NCBI RefSeq assembly: GCF_964204645.1
Contig: NC_134030.1
Span: 13,448,656 to 13,512,655 of the forward strand
From: Tubulanus polymorphus
Taxonomy: Eukaryota; Animalia; Nemertea
Length of the DNA stretch: 64,000 nucleotides
Direction of reading: 5' to 3'
Positions 11,483 to 26,400 of this stretch are shown here, in pieces (position 1 is the first letter of the stretch; every line of letters starts with the position of its first letter). Position numbers and translations under genes: made by a program. A model generated the notes under the pieces. It ran no database searches, was not told the origin of the DNA, and saw only the letters and a program-made list of their open reading frames with translations.

Positions 11483-14400
11483 TAATATAACTTATGACTA
11501 TAGTGTCAATATGTGCTTTAAGGTCGTAATCAACATGTGACATTACTCAATATGTTTTCACAATAATTAGCTCAGTCAGTGCTCATCGATAATTAATTAA
11601 TGTCTCTCAAACATGTCACTAGGTGTTTGTTTGTGAGTCCTGATGTCTACAACTTGTCTGACACCTAGTTCTCACATTATACTCATGATTCTGTATATAA
11701 AGACTATGTAAAGCTATGATAATTATTCTCATTCCGGGATGCAATAAAGATTGTACATATAAGGTTTAACTGCCTTGTTGTTCCTGATGGATGGAATCCT
11801 GTACCGCTAGTGTAAATGCTAGTTCCCCAGCCAGCCTGCCGATACAATGACCACCCGGTTACAGAGAGAATAAAACGACTAAGATCATTGTATGTTAGTT
11901 TTACAATAAAACTTTTATTCCTTTAATTAACCATTTGATCGTTCACAATTTTACCAGTTTACAGGTTATGGTACATCTGAAAACAGGGGTCAACGCACAA
12001 GGCTGGATTAGTGGGACATGCGTTACACATGTATCCTGTTTCTCGTCGAATGTTGTTATTATAGCAGACAAAGTTACCAAGAAGACTACATATGATAGCT
12101 TGACGAAATTTCAGCAATGTCATTCTGTCATCAGCTTGACAATAATCATGATACAAGATATAGGCATTCAGAAGGAAAATCTCAAGCATGTGTGTGCCAA
12201 TTTTTTATACCACCGTGCAGTTTTTCTGAGGGCTGTATAGTAGGAGAGCATCTGATCGGCTCTATCGATTCCAGACATTCCATTGTTGTAGTCGCGGACA
12301 ATGTTTGGCTTGTTTGCAATTTTGCCGTTTTGATTTGTAACTGGGACCATTTCTACACGGTGCATATTTGAAATAGTAAGGACGTCCCGTTTATCTTTCC
12401 ATTTAGAAACTACAACTGATTGCGATCTTAGCCAATGATGCTCGCCTTTCTTTAGCTTTTTCTTCACAACATCCTTGGGATTTTCCTTCCTATCAAAACG
12501 CAGTGTACCACATAAATAGGTTGATCTGTCAGTCATTTTTTTTGCCAAACTGACAGAGTTGTAAAAATTATCAGTAAAAACCACATGTCCGTGGTCAAGG
12601 AATCTTTCCATGAGGTCAAGAACTACAGCAGCAGCCTGTCCAAGACTGGCGGGATCTGGAACCTGGATGCCGCTGTATATACGAACTCTCGAAATGAGTC
12701 CACATGACTCACAAAGTTCATATAACTTGATGCCATATTTGTGGCGTTTGTTTTTTATATACTGGCGGAAAACCAGCCTACCGCGCCAAAGAACCATTGA
12801 TCCATCAATACTTAGTTCTTTTTTGGGGTAGTAAATATTGTCCATTATATTGGCAAAATGATCCAAAATTGGCCATATCTTATACAAGCGATCGTCTATT
12901 GCTGATTGTTATCTACAAAATGCCAGAATCGCAGAAGTAATTGAAAGCGATTACGAGGCATAACTTTGCCAAATATTGGAATATTGTAAAGCCCACTCTT
13001 ACTCCAATAATGTTCTAATGTGGGCATTGTAACGGGGCCCATATGCATGAGTAGACCGATAAATAGCTTCATCTCTTTGGCGTCGGTAGGCTTCCAAGCT
13101 TTCAGTCTTGATTCTCTCCTCATTGGCCGATTTACGTTGATAACACCTCTAGCGTATCTGTTTGTCTCTCTGACCATCAAATCTATCAGATCTTGGTTGA
13201 GGAACATCTCAAAGTAGTCATTTGGTTTTCCATCTAGTGGGGGATTTATGAGTCCTGGATTTTGATTGAAGGCAAAATTGGTAGCATCTTCCGGCACATT
13301 TGTCCACTGGTGGACTCTTGCTTGTGGTCCAGCTGGGCGACCAGGCTGAGCAGCACGTTGGGCGGCCGGATTCTGACGACCAACTCGACCCCGACAGATA
13401 TGTCCAGCTGTTACACCAGCTCGGGCGATTATGGCACCATCTCTCAGACACTTTCTGGGGCCTCTAGTTCCTGGGTTTTGGGGATACTGTCCCACCTCTC
13501 AGTCCTCTCACCGCACCTCTTACTCGACCTCTTGGGCACCCACGGGCTTGCGATGTTCCTCCTCTTGTACGGACTCCTCCACCTCTTGTAGGGACTCCTG
13601 TGCCGCGAACTCGGGGTCCTGGTACCAAATTATCTTCACTCATCGGGACCATCTGACTCATCAGAATCTGAACTTTCTCCTGAGTCTTCCAGGACTGATG
13701 ATCCCAGTTGGGATTCATTGCCAGTAGTGACATTACCAGTACCATTATCATCACCAGCATCCGAGCTTTCGGATCCAACATCGTCGTCGGAGTCTGTCGT
13801 ATGCTCCGATGCAGAATTCATCAGCATATCAGTCACTTGCGATGCCGTCAGCCACGCCATTTTGTAATGGGCATGTGTGTCTAGGATTTATATGGGTCTC
13901 ATTTACCTTAGAAACAATAGTAGGCTTTATATTTACTACATTGTTCGATCTCTGTTAAAAAAGCCATGACGAGATAACTCGTCACTGGCAACGGGGACAG
14001 GAAAAATAAGAGAATCTCTTCACTATTGCCAGTGACGAGTTATCTCGTCGGTTTTTTATACTAAAATACATCAGTGTAATGATTTATCAATGTACAAATA
14101 GCGCTGGCAGCATATAAACTGTATAATGTAAAAAATTAGCATTGGCAATGGCGACCGGACTCAACCGCTAGCGGTGGCAGCGAGCGTGTTAATTGGCTTA
14201 GCCGCAGAACTCAGCAAAATGTTCACGTGAATCCCCGGTATTGTCTACTGTTTTACTTTAAGATTTTAAATTGTATTTCAAGATCGATTCCTGTGAAATC
14301 TTTAGTTCATATGGTTTATGGGAGGAATATTTATATTTGCACTACAGAATACTCAAATTGAAAATTATGCAAAGTCCGGGGAAAATAGCTTTTTCTCAAA

Positions 14401-17400
14401 TCGGATGGATGACCTTGATATGCTAATTGAACTTGATTTGCTCAAACTTCAAATTCAATTAGATTTTAATATATTTCTTATTTTAATTGGGCCTTCATGT
14501 ATTTAATAAGTCTCATAAATTTCCAGCATCATCGAGATAAAGGAAATGATTCAGCTGTGGAAAATGAACCCAAAGTCAATGGAAAAGCAGCAAACATCGC
14601 ACCGGCATCTATAGTCATCGAAGAGGTACTTTGTATTGTTATTTGTTGGTATCAATTGAATTATCGTATTAGTATTTAGAATATAACCAACTGAAGTTAA
14701 CCACCCAAGTGGAAACTTGTTAAACCAGCGAGCGTTGTGAATCGCTATAACGGATGACCAGTGACGGCTATAGGCTGAGACAGACCTGGAGCCTGAGAAA
14801 GTAAAAGTAAAACGTTGGATTTTTTATACTAAGGCTAAAAAAAAACCAGGCAGGCAGGTGTCTTTTTTAATTAATTTAAAAAAACAGATTTGTGGAAGTC
14901 TGCATCAGGCAGGCAGGATTTTATTTTTATTAAATTCAAATTTGTGTAATTTTTTGAAATGAAAATAGATTGAAACTGCAAAATATGGAATTATAAGGGT
15001 GGGGAAATGTCATAAATGTCATGTTGTCGTCGCCGTCGATGTCATATGTGAATGTGGCGACGTATGTGAATATGGCAAAATCCATCACCGATTCATACAC
15101 TGCACTACGGTGTAGACGCACTGAAAGGGTTAATGTTTTTAAATGACATATCGCCACTGGTACCAACAAAAAAAAACGACAAGCGAATTTAGACACAGAG
15201 AAGGAGTGGGCCTTCCCGCTTGTTTAACTGTATTTCTATTATATGCAAATACATGTGCCAGGTAAAATTATTTGACTTGCTCAGTCTTTTATCTTTGATA
15301 TTAAATTTTTGAGAAGGTCTTCAGACCCAAAATAACAAAATAATGGCCAAAAGTTTAAATGGAGCAAATCTTTTTAATCGGGATTACAGTTCTGATATAT
15401 ATATAATGGATAATAGCTATTCGATTGACAGGATGATAGAAAATGGTCAGTTGGCATGAGTCCAACAGGCAATATTTTTTGCGGTTAGAAATATGCTGAT
15501 TTTTCGCTGGTAGCCAACAACACATTGTCCAGGTAGTTCAGGGTACTGATTGTTCAATCTTGAAAAGTGGGTGTGCGCTCTCAATACAAAATCGTTCAGC
15601 AGAGAGTTCAAATGAAATTCACATGAATTTAATACTCAGCATTAACGAAATGGTTACTTCAAGACAAATTGACGTTAAGTCGGCAGACCTGCCAATTGTC
15701 ATGATTGTACATTACGCAGATGTAAACACACTAAAATCCATACCACAGAATGATCTACCAATGCTTCAATGCTCATGGGCCTCTTGTCTCATCATTTAGG
15801 GAGCATCTGTTGCAGGTGTGGATGAACAACCAGCAAAAATACCTAGACCGACATCGGCTAAAGGTTCCAGACGTCGTACAAGAGAAGGTAATTAAGAAAT
15901 ACCTACAGAATCAAATTTGTTCCTGGTTTCGGTGAATTTTTCCTCCACAAGAAATCTGGATTTGCGTGATTAGTGAGAGTCCTTTGTATGGATGCCTCTC
16001 ATTCAATCTAATACATTTTCTTGTGTTTAACAATTTTTGAAGCCGAGCTTATTTCTTGGTACTCGCACAAAAGGCATTGTACATGTCATTTCCAGGAAAA
16101 TGGTTTTTGAGTTCTCGCAGATAATTTGAGTATTTGACAATGGAAAAAATTTTGTTCTATTCTAATGACTATTGAACACTTGCAATATCATAAGCCATTG
16201 AAAAACAAGATTTCTTTTTAAAAAGATGGGTTTTTTTCTTGGCTAAACTGAGAATATTGATAGCAAGGAATAAGGCTGGTAATTTTGCTGTGATGTTCGT
16301 GGTTTATTTGTGTTTGAAACCAAAAGAAGCATGCCTTTTTGTGTACCAATCTCAATCAAATGTCATCCACTAGGGGTAACACCATAAGGGGTGTGACTGC
16401 TCTTTAAGCTGTCTCAGCTTGACAGCCTTTAAGATGCAACGAGCTGCTAATTCTAGAGTGTTCCTCCATTACGGATATTTTTCCCACGCGTGGATCTTCC
16501 ATTCTTGAGCATTCTCCCTGGTAGGGAGTTTAACCTGTGGTATTGTGAGACTCTCCCATGGAACGAAACATTGCACGCATGCAAACACACGCCTTGGAAA
16601 TGGGTTTTGAACCTGGTGGCAATAGAGAGACCGTTTCAAATGTCAAGCTTCTGCCCTTGTAGGCACATCCACCCTCATAGAGATTTGATGGGGGTCTTCC
16701 CTACCGTTGAAATAATGAAACACTTCTCATTGGCTATTGTAATTTTGTACGAATATGCCTATGTACGTGAGGGACAGGTCTACTCAGTCAGGGTTTAAAT
16801 AATCCTATTACCATGAGGTTTCAATTCCTACGAGGGTTGATGCATCTTGAAATAGATACTCCACTAAGAGGCAGCAGAAAGGTGTTGATGAAGAGATATC
16901 CATATGAGCACTTTATTGTATATGGTTTGAACTGACTGCACTAACATATTTGCATGTGTTTTTTTCTGTATCGATGGTTATGTAGGTCGCACATTACATG
17001 ATACCAGTGCTGATGAAGGTAAGAGAACACTTGACCTAAATATCAAATTTAATCAATTCAAATACATATGGCAGGCTTATCTAACACATTCGAGAGTGAC
17101 CCTTTTTTCTGTGTCAAATATTGACGATTTTTAACATTTTTGGGGTATTTTCAAGTGAGCAAGAATCTATGTAATTGAAAAGTGTTGGTTTCTCTTGGTT
17201 TTTGTTGAATAAATGAAATGACCTTTTTTATCCTACTTGAAATGTCTTCTGGGATATTTAGTTTTCAAAGTTACAACAGCAACAATACTGCTGAAATTAT
17301 GAGGAATTTTGCTGTAAATGAAGTACAAATGGTGTACAAACTCCGAAGATAGCAACAAAAAATTAGCAAACTTTAAAGATATCAATACATCCACTTATTC

Positions 17401-20400
17401 TATTCTTTCAATGAAACGCAAATTTTCTTGTGCTTACTCACTTTCCTACAATTTTAAAGGCTGAAGTACAATGGCAATAGCCAATTTTCAATTTTTTTCA
17501 GGCTTCATACTAGTTTGGAGTCGGTTTGCTTGCAGAATTTACTGAACTCATGATGTTTTCTAAGTATTGAGTCTATGAAGAGTATTACAATGAACCAGGT
17601 TGATCAAATCACTTAAAAACAGCTGATATCTCCTTAGCAATGTAATTGAATTAGAATAACAAATGTGCCAGTAGTATATATACATGTTAGTAGCGAGTAC
17701 GGTCTGCGTATATTCGTTCCCGAAAATGAAATAAGTGTGATAAAATCTTGTGTAGATTATGAAGATATTTCACAAGAGAATTAAGAAGACATTGATATCA
17801 GTCGATAAAACTAGGTCTTCATGCCATCCAAGTTGGTGGACGGGTGGTTGTATTCAATTCCAAAAATATGTATTTTGGCCTGTAAATATGAAAATGGTTC
17901 AAGCAGAGCATTGATATTTCACAAGAGAATAGAAGATAACATTAAATAGCCTACAAGTAGATGAAACTAGGTCGTAATTTCTTCAAGTTGGCTGACTGGC
18001 AGCCATCTTTGATTCCAAAATCTACATGTTAGACTTTAACTGAATTTATTTCACATAGGGCAATGATATATGATAGATTAAATTTTTGGTAATGTCTGAT
18101 GAGATACGGAGTAACTTCATTATGAGTTTAAACAAAAAGCGATGTTGATGCCGGAACTATAGGGACTTTTGCATTTACTTTTCATCCATTGTCTGTCCAT
18201 AGACAATATATATTCCTCAATGGATTCAGATATTAGGATAGCTTCCCTCAAGTCGTTCCACTCTGTGGCACTTCTGACGAAGAAGGATCCTTGGTTTTGT
18301 AGGGTTGGATTCTGAGGAATTTGGAGTGCAGAGAGCGATCGATATGACTGCTGATGAAGTAGTCAGTTTTTTTTATCTAGTTTATGGTCAGACTAGTTGC
18401 CTTCCTGTTTAACTGGTGTCAGAAAAACAGATTTCCCCTCTTCTTAAGTCTATGTTAGTCCATTCTTGCCGTTTGAAGTCAATTGAATATCATCTTATTA
18501 CTTCTCTGACAATTAGCCTACAGTTGGTTGCCATTTTGCATTTTGTTTTACCATAAAACCTGTAGAAAATTTCAAATTCAAAGTCTACCGGAGCTCTACC
18601 TGGCTGATACTGCCACCAGGAAGTGTTTGAATGCAATGGGATTCGAGTCCAGACATAAAAATTTAATTTTAAGTGATCCCCTTTGGGGAAAGTGTGCGTA
18701 TATTCAGTATATGTTTTACTGACTTCATGGAAGGGGTGTGTACTGAAAGGGTTAAGTAGCATTTTGTTTCAAAATGAATTGATTGGGCCGATGTAAAACA
18801 ACTAATCCCATGGTTGGTAACTATATGACTGACTGCTGATTGCTCATTGTGGACTGATTTGGCAGGTGTGGGTTCTTATGTTAATGGAAGTAGTAAATGC
18901 ATAACAATGACTACTGAGATTTTTCTCTTTTATGTTTTCGTGTCATTGATTGAATTCAGTTATATGAACTTTTACATCATGGTAGATACCTGATTTTGGA
19001 GCTACATTGGTGTATTTGGCGCTTTTCAGTAGGCGAAGCTTGAATACCCTTTGTTCTGTAGTCTACCCTACGGATTTGGTACTTGAGTGATATTTGTTCA
19101 AATGGAGGAGCTCTATACACAGGCATCTAGTATATGGTGTCATGCAAAATTATCCGAATTCTTTGACAGCACTCCCGTGCATCGACCAATATCAGGGGCA
19201 TACCTTGACAGGAGCTCAAAAGAAAAGAAAAGGGCATAAGAAAGGGCAAGTATCCACAGAAAGGGAGCGTGGACCAAAAATAGAGGTCTGGAAAATTTAG
19301 GAATTTTAGTGCTTTTCAGGTTGGATTTCTTTGTTCCCAACTGATCTGGGTTAAGCTGAATTGACTGTACTATTTGATTCTTAAGGCTGTCAATAAAATT
19401 CCACTGCATTTTTGTAAAATATCCTTTTTTTTGCAGATGAAGATGAGAGATTTCGCTCAGAAGTTCAAGTGCCACCTCGAGACGATCCAGAAACTAATAG
19501 ACAAATCGGTGAAGAAGACTTACCACCACAAGTTGTTGCTTCGTAAGTGTTCCCTAACCCCTTTTACCCTTGTCTCATAAATCTACTCTCGGTTGTATGC
19601 CAATACATATTATACATGTACCGTATTTTCCGGTGTACAAGTCGACTTGGTGTATAAGTCGAGGTCAAATTTTCAGTTTAAAAAGTTGTACTAAGGCTAT
19701 AGTCGGTGTATAAGTCGAGTCCTGTCTTGTGTTTACATATGTCACTCCATTCTCATAGTAGTTGAGAGTCTTTACCACTGTTTGTAATTAAACATTGGGA
19801 TCTGTTGTTTCTGATAGTAAATTACCTGATGAGTGCTCATTGATTGTATCCACGTGTTGAATGTATTGTATATACATTGAATGCTGCGCGCCTGTAGTCT
19901 AGTATTAGACTGCTGTGTATTGATTATTGGCACGTGCTAAAGTGCTTTACAATTATACACACGCGCTTTTCTTTCTCATTTGATTTTTAATATCAGTTAA
20001 TTTTGAACCATTTCCAAACTATAAGAAACTATTTTACTTTTTTATTCTAAATTCTAATTGGTATGCGAGTGTAGCCTAACATAAATCTCCATTTCATCAT
20101 GGCATCCTTGAACTCTTAAACATCGGCAGTTTAAACGATATTGAAAGTGTATTCGGTGCATAAGTCGACCTACGTTTTTTGGACATGATTTTTGGTCTCA
20201 AAAACTCGACTTATACACCAGAAAATACGGTATACATTTTTGGCTAATGCCTAGCACTTAAGGAATATATCGATATCATAGAGAGAACTGCATTAAAATC
20301 TGTTATCATTGTTTTTCTCAAAATATTGATACTAATTGTTGAACAACAATGAAGAACAGAGTGAAACCTTTTTATGTACATCCAGAACGGATGTACGTAC

Positions 20401-23400
20401 ATAAAATGTTGATGTGAATGTTTGAAGATTCACTCTTTCCGCTAGTTAGTCGGACCAACTTTGCTATAGTCTTGATTAAAAATTCAAATCCAAACTCTTC
20501 TGAAACTTTCTTACTCATGTTTTATACAACGTTAGTCGTTATTTGGCAGGGTTCGTTTGCGGGCCTTGAAATCCTTGGATACTCTCGAATGATCAAAAGG
20601 AAAATCCTGGTGATAACAAAAAGAAAATGGCTGACATTTCACATTTCATGAACTAATTTCTAGGATTTCTTGACACAATATATTCCAATGCAAATAGGAA
20701 TGATTGAAAAATATCTTTGCAGTTCAGATCACAAGGTATAGATGCAGATAGATGTGTTGTCATAGGCTACAGTGGTGTTTTCATGCAAGCCCATAGTGCT
20801 GCCGACAATTCAATTCATTCTTTATTGACAATAAAAATTTCACAAAAAATTCTTTTAATTTTCTTTTACTTTCATTGGTTAGTGGCCATTTGAAAACACA
20901 CCTGCCAACCGTTACGTTTTTGCCGTATTCCGTTCGGGTGCTACCCGCGGTAATACGGCGTTACTGGCACAGGCAATGGAATACGCTTTTTTCCGATATC
21001 GTTCCGATGTTACGCGAATGAGCAAATAAATACGGCCTCAATAAAAATCTCCCTATATTATGTCAATAAAGGTAATTTTGCAGTACATAATCGGTATTTT
21101 AATGGTTTATTAACATTTATTACGGGGAAATTTGGTTTTTATTTGAGTAATTGTCACGAAGTTTCCATACAGCCGGGAACCAGTTTAGCAAATTTTCGGT
21201 TACAACGAGTAATACCGGGAACCAGTCTAGCGAATTTTCGGTTACAACGAGTAATTTTCATCGCTCAAATTGTCATGAATGTTGCAAATGGCGGATGAAG
21301 TTCACGACGTTTTGTCAAATCTGGAAAATTCGGAGGGTTCTCCGTCTTCTTCGGAGTCGGAATCTGAAACTGATACTGCGGTAACAGGCAGTAGAAAAGG
21401 TATGATTAAGAAATATCGGAAACAGAAGTATAAAAATCGTACAGCGCACATCAATATCCATGTTTCATAGCATCGAAATTAAGTAAATATCATGCAAGAT
21501 GTACGATATGTCAAATCGATATAGTGATCTCACATGGCGGATTAAATGATATTTCACGTCATTATGAAAGAAAAGGACATAAGGATAAAGCGAAACTCTC
21601 TGAAATTTCACATTTTTTTTAGAACTAATAACACAACAAACCCTGGCCTATCTGTTATAAAATCTGAAGTTCTGTTTGTTCACTTCCTGGTTGAGCATAA
21701 TCTATCATTCAGCACTGCTGATCATGCTGCTAAACTGTTCAAAAAAATGTTCTCATCAAAATCTGTGGTTGATGATTTTAAATGTGGGAGAACAAAGGCA
21801 ACCTATGGAAACTGCTGTTTCAAGTTTAATTTCATAATAAATGCATTTTTTAAAATTAATTTCTTTAGTAGTTTTAATATTCTATATTCTGATTTTAATC
21901 CGAAAATTCGTTACTGGCCATATTGAAAATGTTACTGGCAAAGGTCACATCAAGTCTAGTGGGTCAATGGCAAAATCTAAAAAATTCTGGCAAATTTGAA
22001 AAATGTTTCTATCTTGAAAAATTCAATGTTGGCAGGTCTGTGAAAAATCTCTGTATGAACATTTTTATTTTTCAGTTTTAATATCTAATAAAACTTAAAC
22101 CGCTTTTCTGTAAAATAAATTCTGAATTGAATTGAAGACTGGTTACCTGTCTCTTCAAAGAACCAGGGGGCGGTAGTCTATGGTGGCAATAAACTTAATC
22201 GGATGATCGTAGTGGATTGTCATTTGAAGGAAATGCAACTTATTCTTGCTTAATGTCTTTATTATTTTAAAAAGAAAAATCGTGGCTCCTATCTATTTTC
22301 GTGTTCGCTTCTCTTCACTTGAAGTCACTCAAGTTAGTCACGTTTTTTCTTTCAGCTGTAAATTTTTCTATGCAAAATCATTTCAACACAATCCCATAAG
22401 TAATCTAGCCATTATCAACATGATGATAGATTCCGTTAAGACACTACAATATACAAATAACAACTATCCAAAAGCTTGCACTAACTTGGTCCATGTCTAC
22501 AATAAAACCATTCCGATTCCCACATTGTGTTACATTTCATGCAACGATGTAAGACAACACCGATCTCTTAGCTCTTTATTAAGTAATCAGTTCAAAGTTC
22601 GATTAACTCTACTACAGAAATACAAAACCACCAAGCCAGCTTCCAGTACAACCATGTCAGCAAGCCCATCTTTAGAATTTCTTTCTTGTTAAATATCTTA
22701 TCTATTTCATCATACTGTATTATTGGTGTGGTGTCAAAATTTTTTTCACAGAACTCCGATAAGGTATTTTACGTGTTTGTATTCACAGCAATTGCGCTAA
22801 TGCATATTTTGTTCCAAGATTGGTTTTGTGTCCATATCTGTTGTATAGAAAAGCTTTAATCACGAAGCGTGTTGATTAAACCAGGTGAAAATAGCTGGAA
22901 CAAATCTATAATGACAAACGCGGCGGTCAGCATCAACATCTTGGACACACTGGTCAGCTGACTGAATCGCCGAAGGTAACCTTCAAGTGCCTACCCAGGC
23001 CCGGGCCGTGCTTAAACCCCTAAAATTATGCCCTTCAGAGTCAGTATGAAAAATTTTGGGTCAATTTTCATGTATGTATTTTTGGAAAATGAAAAGCAAT
23101 TCATTCTCAAGTGATTCATCCCGCCACTTAATATTTAGAATCTGTCCTTTATTCAATAGGAAATGTGCCCCTTTTTAACGTGATAAGGTGTTATTTTTCT
23201 TGAAATAGAACTTCCCCTCAAAACAGTTTGACCCAGAAACACTTGTCGATTTCACCAATGATTTCGCCTGGAATATTGTCCCCAGACACACGTGCAGCAG
23301 TCAATTCCAGGGGCACATGGCTCATGGGGTTTCAGTGATAAAATTCAGGATTTAAGGATCTACTTACGACCGCCGATTTTTTACGGTACTGGTATGTTAG

Positions 23401-26400
23401 CTTCTGCGGCCCTTCATTGGAAGAGGTTTTCAAGACTTTCAATTTTTAGCCATCCTTTGATCGGTAATATCATATGAATTTTATTTAAATATTCTTCATA
23501 TAGTAAAAAATATTTCTTCAAAATATGAAGCAGTTTCCCTATCTACCTGTACCCTAGGTATTTTTTGGATATTCACTGTAAACAAATGTATATTTTTTGC
23601 CTTTTTTTACTTGAGAAAGATAAAATACATTATAGAATAGAACTTTGAAGACACAAATCAAAAAGATTTTTCACTCTAAGCAACACCCTTGCTCCAAACA
23701 AGCTCCAGTTTTTAAGGTAAACCAGACCATGCCCACAGGCAATTTATTTTATCCTTTCTGTTGCAGGCGTAAAATGGCACGTCCACCAAGCGCCAGACCT
23801 GCACCTCCAAAACTAAAAAAGCAGAACGAACCGATCTCACAGGACCCAGATGTGAGGTAAGCAATATCAAACAGGTTTTGAAATTAATGTATGTAGATTA
23901 ATGAGACGAGAAGATACACAATATCCGTGTAAGATGATAACGAGAGAAATCCCACAATAAATTCAGCCAAAAACGAGAAACTTGAGTAGAAGAGAATATA
24001 TATTTCGGCAACGTTTTGGCTAAAGCCTATTAGCCATCATCAGGCGTACTGGTACACCTGGTACGCCTGATGATGGCTAATAGTCTTAAGCCGAAACGTT
24101 GCGCAAATATATATACTCTTCTACTCAAGTTTCTCGTTTTTGGCTGAATTATTGTGGGATTTCTCTCGTTATGTAGATTAAGTTATCTCGCAGTTACCAC
24201 TTCCTTAAATTTGGCCCTTTTGTGGGAGGAAAGGGAGTTGTAGGTTTTAAAATTGATATCCCAATACAGTGAAATTGGCTTGCAAAGTTTAAAGGATTGT
24301 TGGTCATGAGTAATTGTTTTTCTCAACAGCTTTAGCTGTTTGTAAACAAGAATAGTAACATAGTAGCGCCGCCCCCTATTAAAATGTTCAATCTACACTA
24401 AGAATTATGGAATCCTTTGAACTTTGCTCCTGATCATTCATTTGATTATCAGTATACATGTATAATATGATCAATGGTGACTCTCCTTTCGTGTGTATCA
24501 ATTGCTGAAAAAAATAAGAAATACTGATAAGATGTTGTACAATACAGAGAGCCATGATGTCATCAGCTGTATTTCTTTGACTGAGTTGATTTTGGAGTCG
24601 GCCGGCATCCACTATGCCTATTTGCAATATTAAAGGGCAAATGCTGTCAAAATTGAACTTTCTGCGATTTATATACCAGAGGAAACTTTAGTATATATAT
24701 AACGACCTGAGATCTGACTTATCGAAAAAAATATCTCTTATTAGCGGTCAATCAGTCATTTAGTTACCCTTCATTCCATGCGTATAGTTCACATACAACC
24801 CGCGGTTGCGCTATTTATGATGTTAACTATGACAATCATTACAAGCCCGTGTAGCTAGAATGCGTAGCCTATGTATAATCAATGAAATACACATCATTTG
24901 TTCATCGTATTCACAGACCTACAGCGCTACTCACTTATATACGATTATCACGTCATACAGAACGGTAGCAACACTAATGATAAAGAGTTTATTTATTCAA
25001 ATCACTCCTAAAACGATAAAATGTCGCATGAAATCTCTAGTGAAATGATTGGAAGCCGAGCATTTTGTCAGAGATGACGTCAGAAACACGCACCTGCTTA
25101 CATAAACAATAACAGTGAGCACGTGCTGAAATTGCCTATTTAAAAGTCATATTTCTCAGTGATGAGAACATCATGTATCAATTTTATAACATTATTGTTA
25201 AATCAGCTATTTGTTTCTTAAACATAAATGAAAATGAATGTATAGATAGTTAATTTTTAGGCCAGCCATAGGCTGAGCCTGTTACTATACAAATGGAACG
25301 AATTTAAATGACATGGTTTCCAAAGCAAAGGCTCTTTTACTGTGCAACTGAGCATATATTCATACAAATCATTCATTAAAGCATTATCCATTCTCTAAAC
25401 TCTACATAGTTGAATTTTGAAAGAGGGCCTCGTTGAAATTTATATGAGCTTTTTCGCGAATATCTGATCACAAAAATACTGGTTTTGAAAAGCAAATCAC
25501 CAAAGACTCCTCTATGATTAGCTTAGCTGCAGAAATCAGCAGGTGTTCACGTGAACCCGCGGTATTGTCTTCCGTTTTTACTTCCGGGTTTTATTTTAAG
25601 ATCTAAAATTGTATTTCAAGATTGATTTCTGTGAAAGCTTTAGTTGCTTTGGTTTTTGGGAGGAATATTTTTATTAGCACTACAGAAAATATCATTGACC
25701 ATTGTGCAAAGTCCGGGAAGAATAGCTTTTTCTCAAATCGGATAGATGACCTTGATATGCTAATTAGCCATGTGCTCAAACTACAAATTCAATCAAATTT
25801 TATTCCGCAAAAATATATCAAATCCAATTCAATTTTACTTTATTGAACAAATAAAAACATCAAATCCGATTCAATTCTGTTTTATTGAGCAAATTTCAGA
25901 AAGTTCAATTCTATTCCGCATTAAAATCAATAAGACCAAGGGAAAAGATTTATCTGAGGTATTTGTTCCTGCCAGATCCAGTCGCTGTCTGTGCTACTTT
26001 TGTATTCTACGATTGTATTGTGTAAATTATTAGGTATTGACTCTTTTACAAATTTAACCCACAGAATGCATCATCATTTGCACTTTTATGAAAAGCTGAC
26101 AGGCTGGCCAGAGTGCCACTTGGGGCTCTTGTTATTCTTATTTTATCTGAGATTGGATTTAAGAATTTTCATTTCAAATGGTTCATTTCTCATATCAGTA
26201 ATAAAACTATTTTTAGCTCTTCTAATAATTTCTTCTACTAATTCATCTACATTATATTAACCTGTCCTTAACCAGATCGGGTTCCAGAGCTCAAAATCTT
26301 TTCTATAAATCATGAATTGTCCATGATCAATAGTAATTCGATATACTCTGAAAAGTATAATATAAACTAATATTAACTTATTTAATATCAATACAATTAC

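Larger units (their letters stand above)
11084..14188 (-). mobile_element. piggyBac transposon, full length, degenerate
   Basis: TTAA TSD at 11080-11083 and 14189-14192. TIRs CACGTTCGCTGCCA / TGGCAGCGAGCGTG (13/14 match). Subterminal palindromic repeats TGACGAG(A/T)TA..TCGTCA occur at both ends. Confidence 0.92.

Noticed and set aside
15110-18756. piggyBac element between two CTGAAAGGGTTAA ends (~15133 and ~18755)
   Set aside because: Both ends are in the same orientation and I found no matching left ends; they are solitary remnants.
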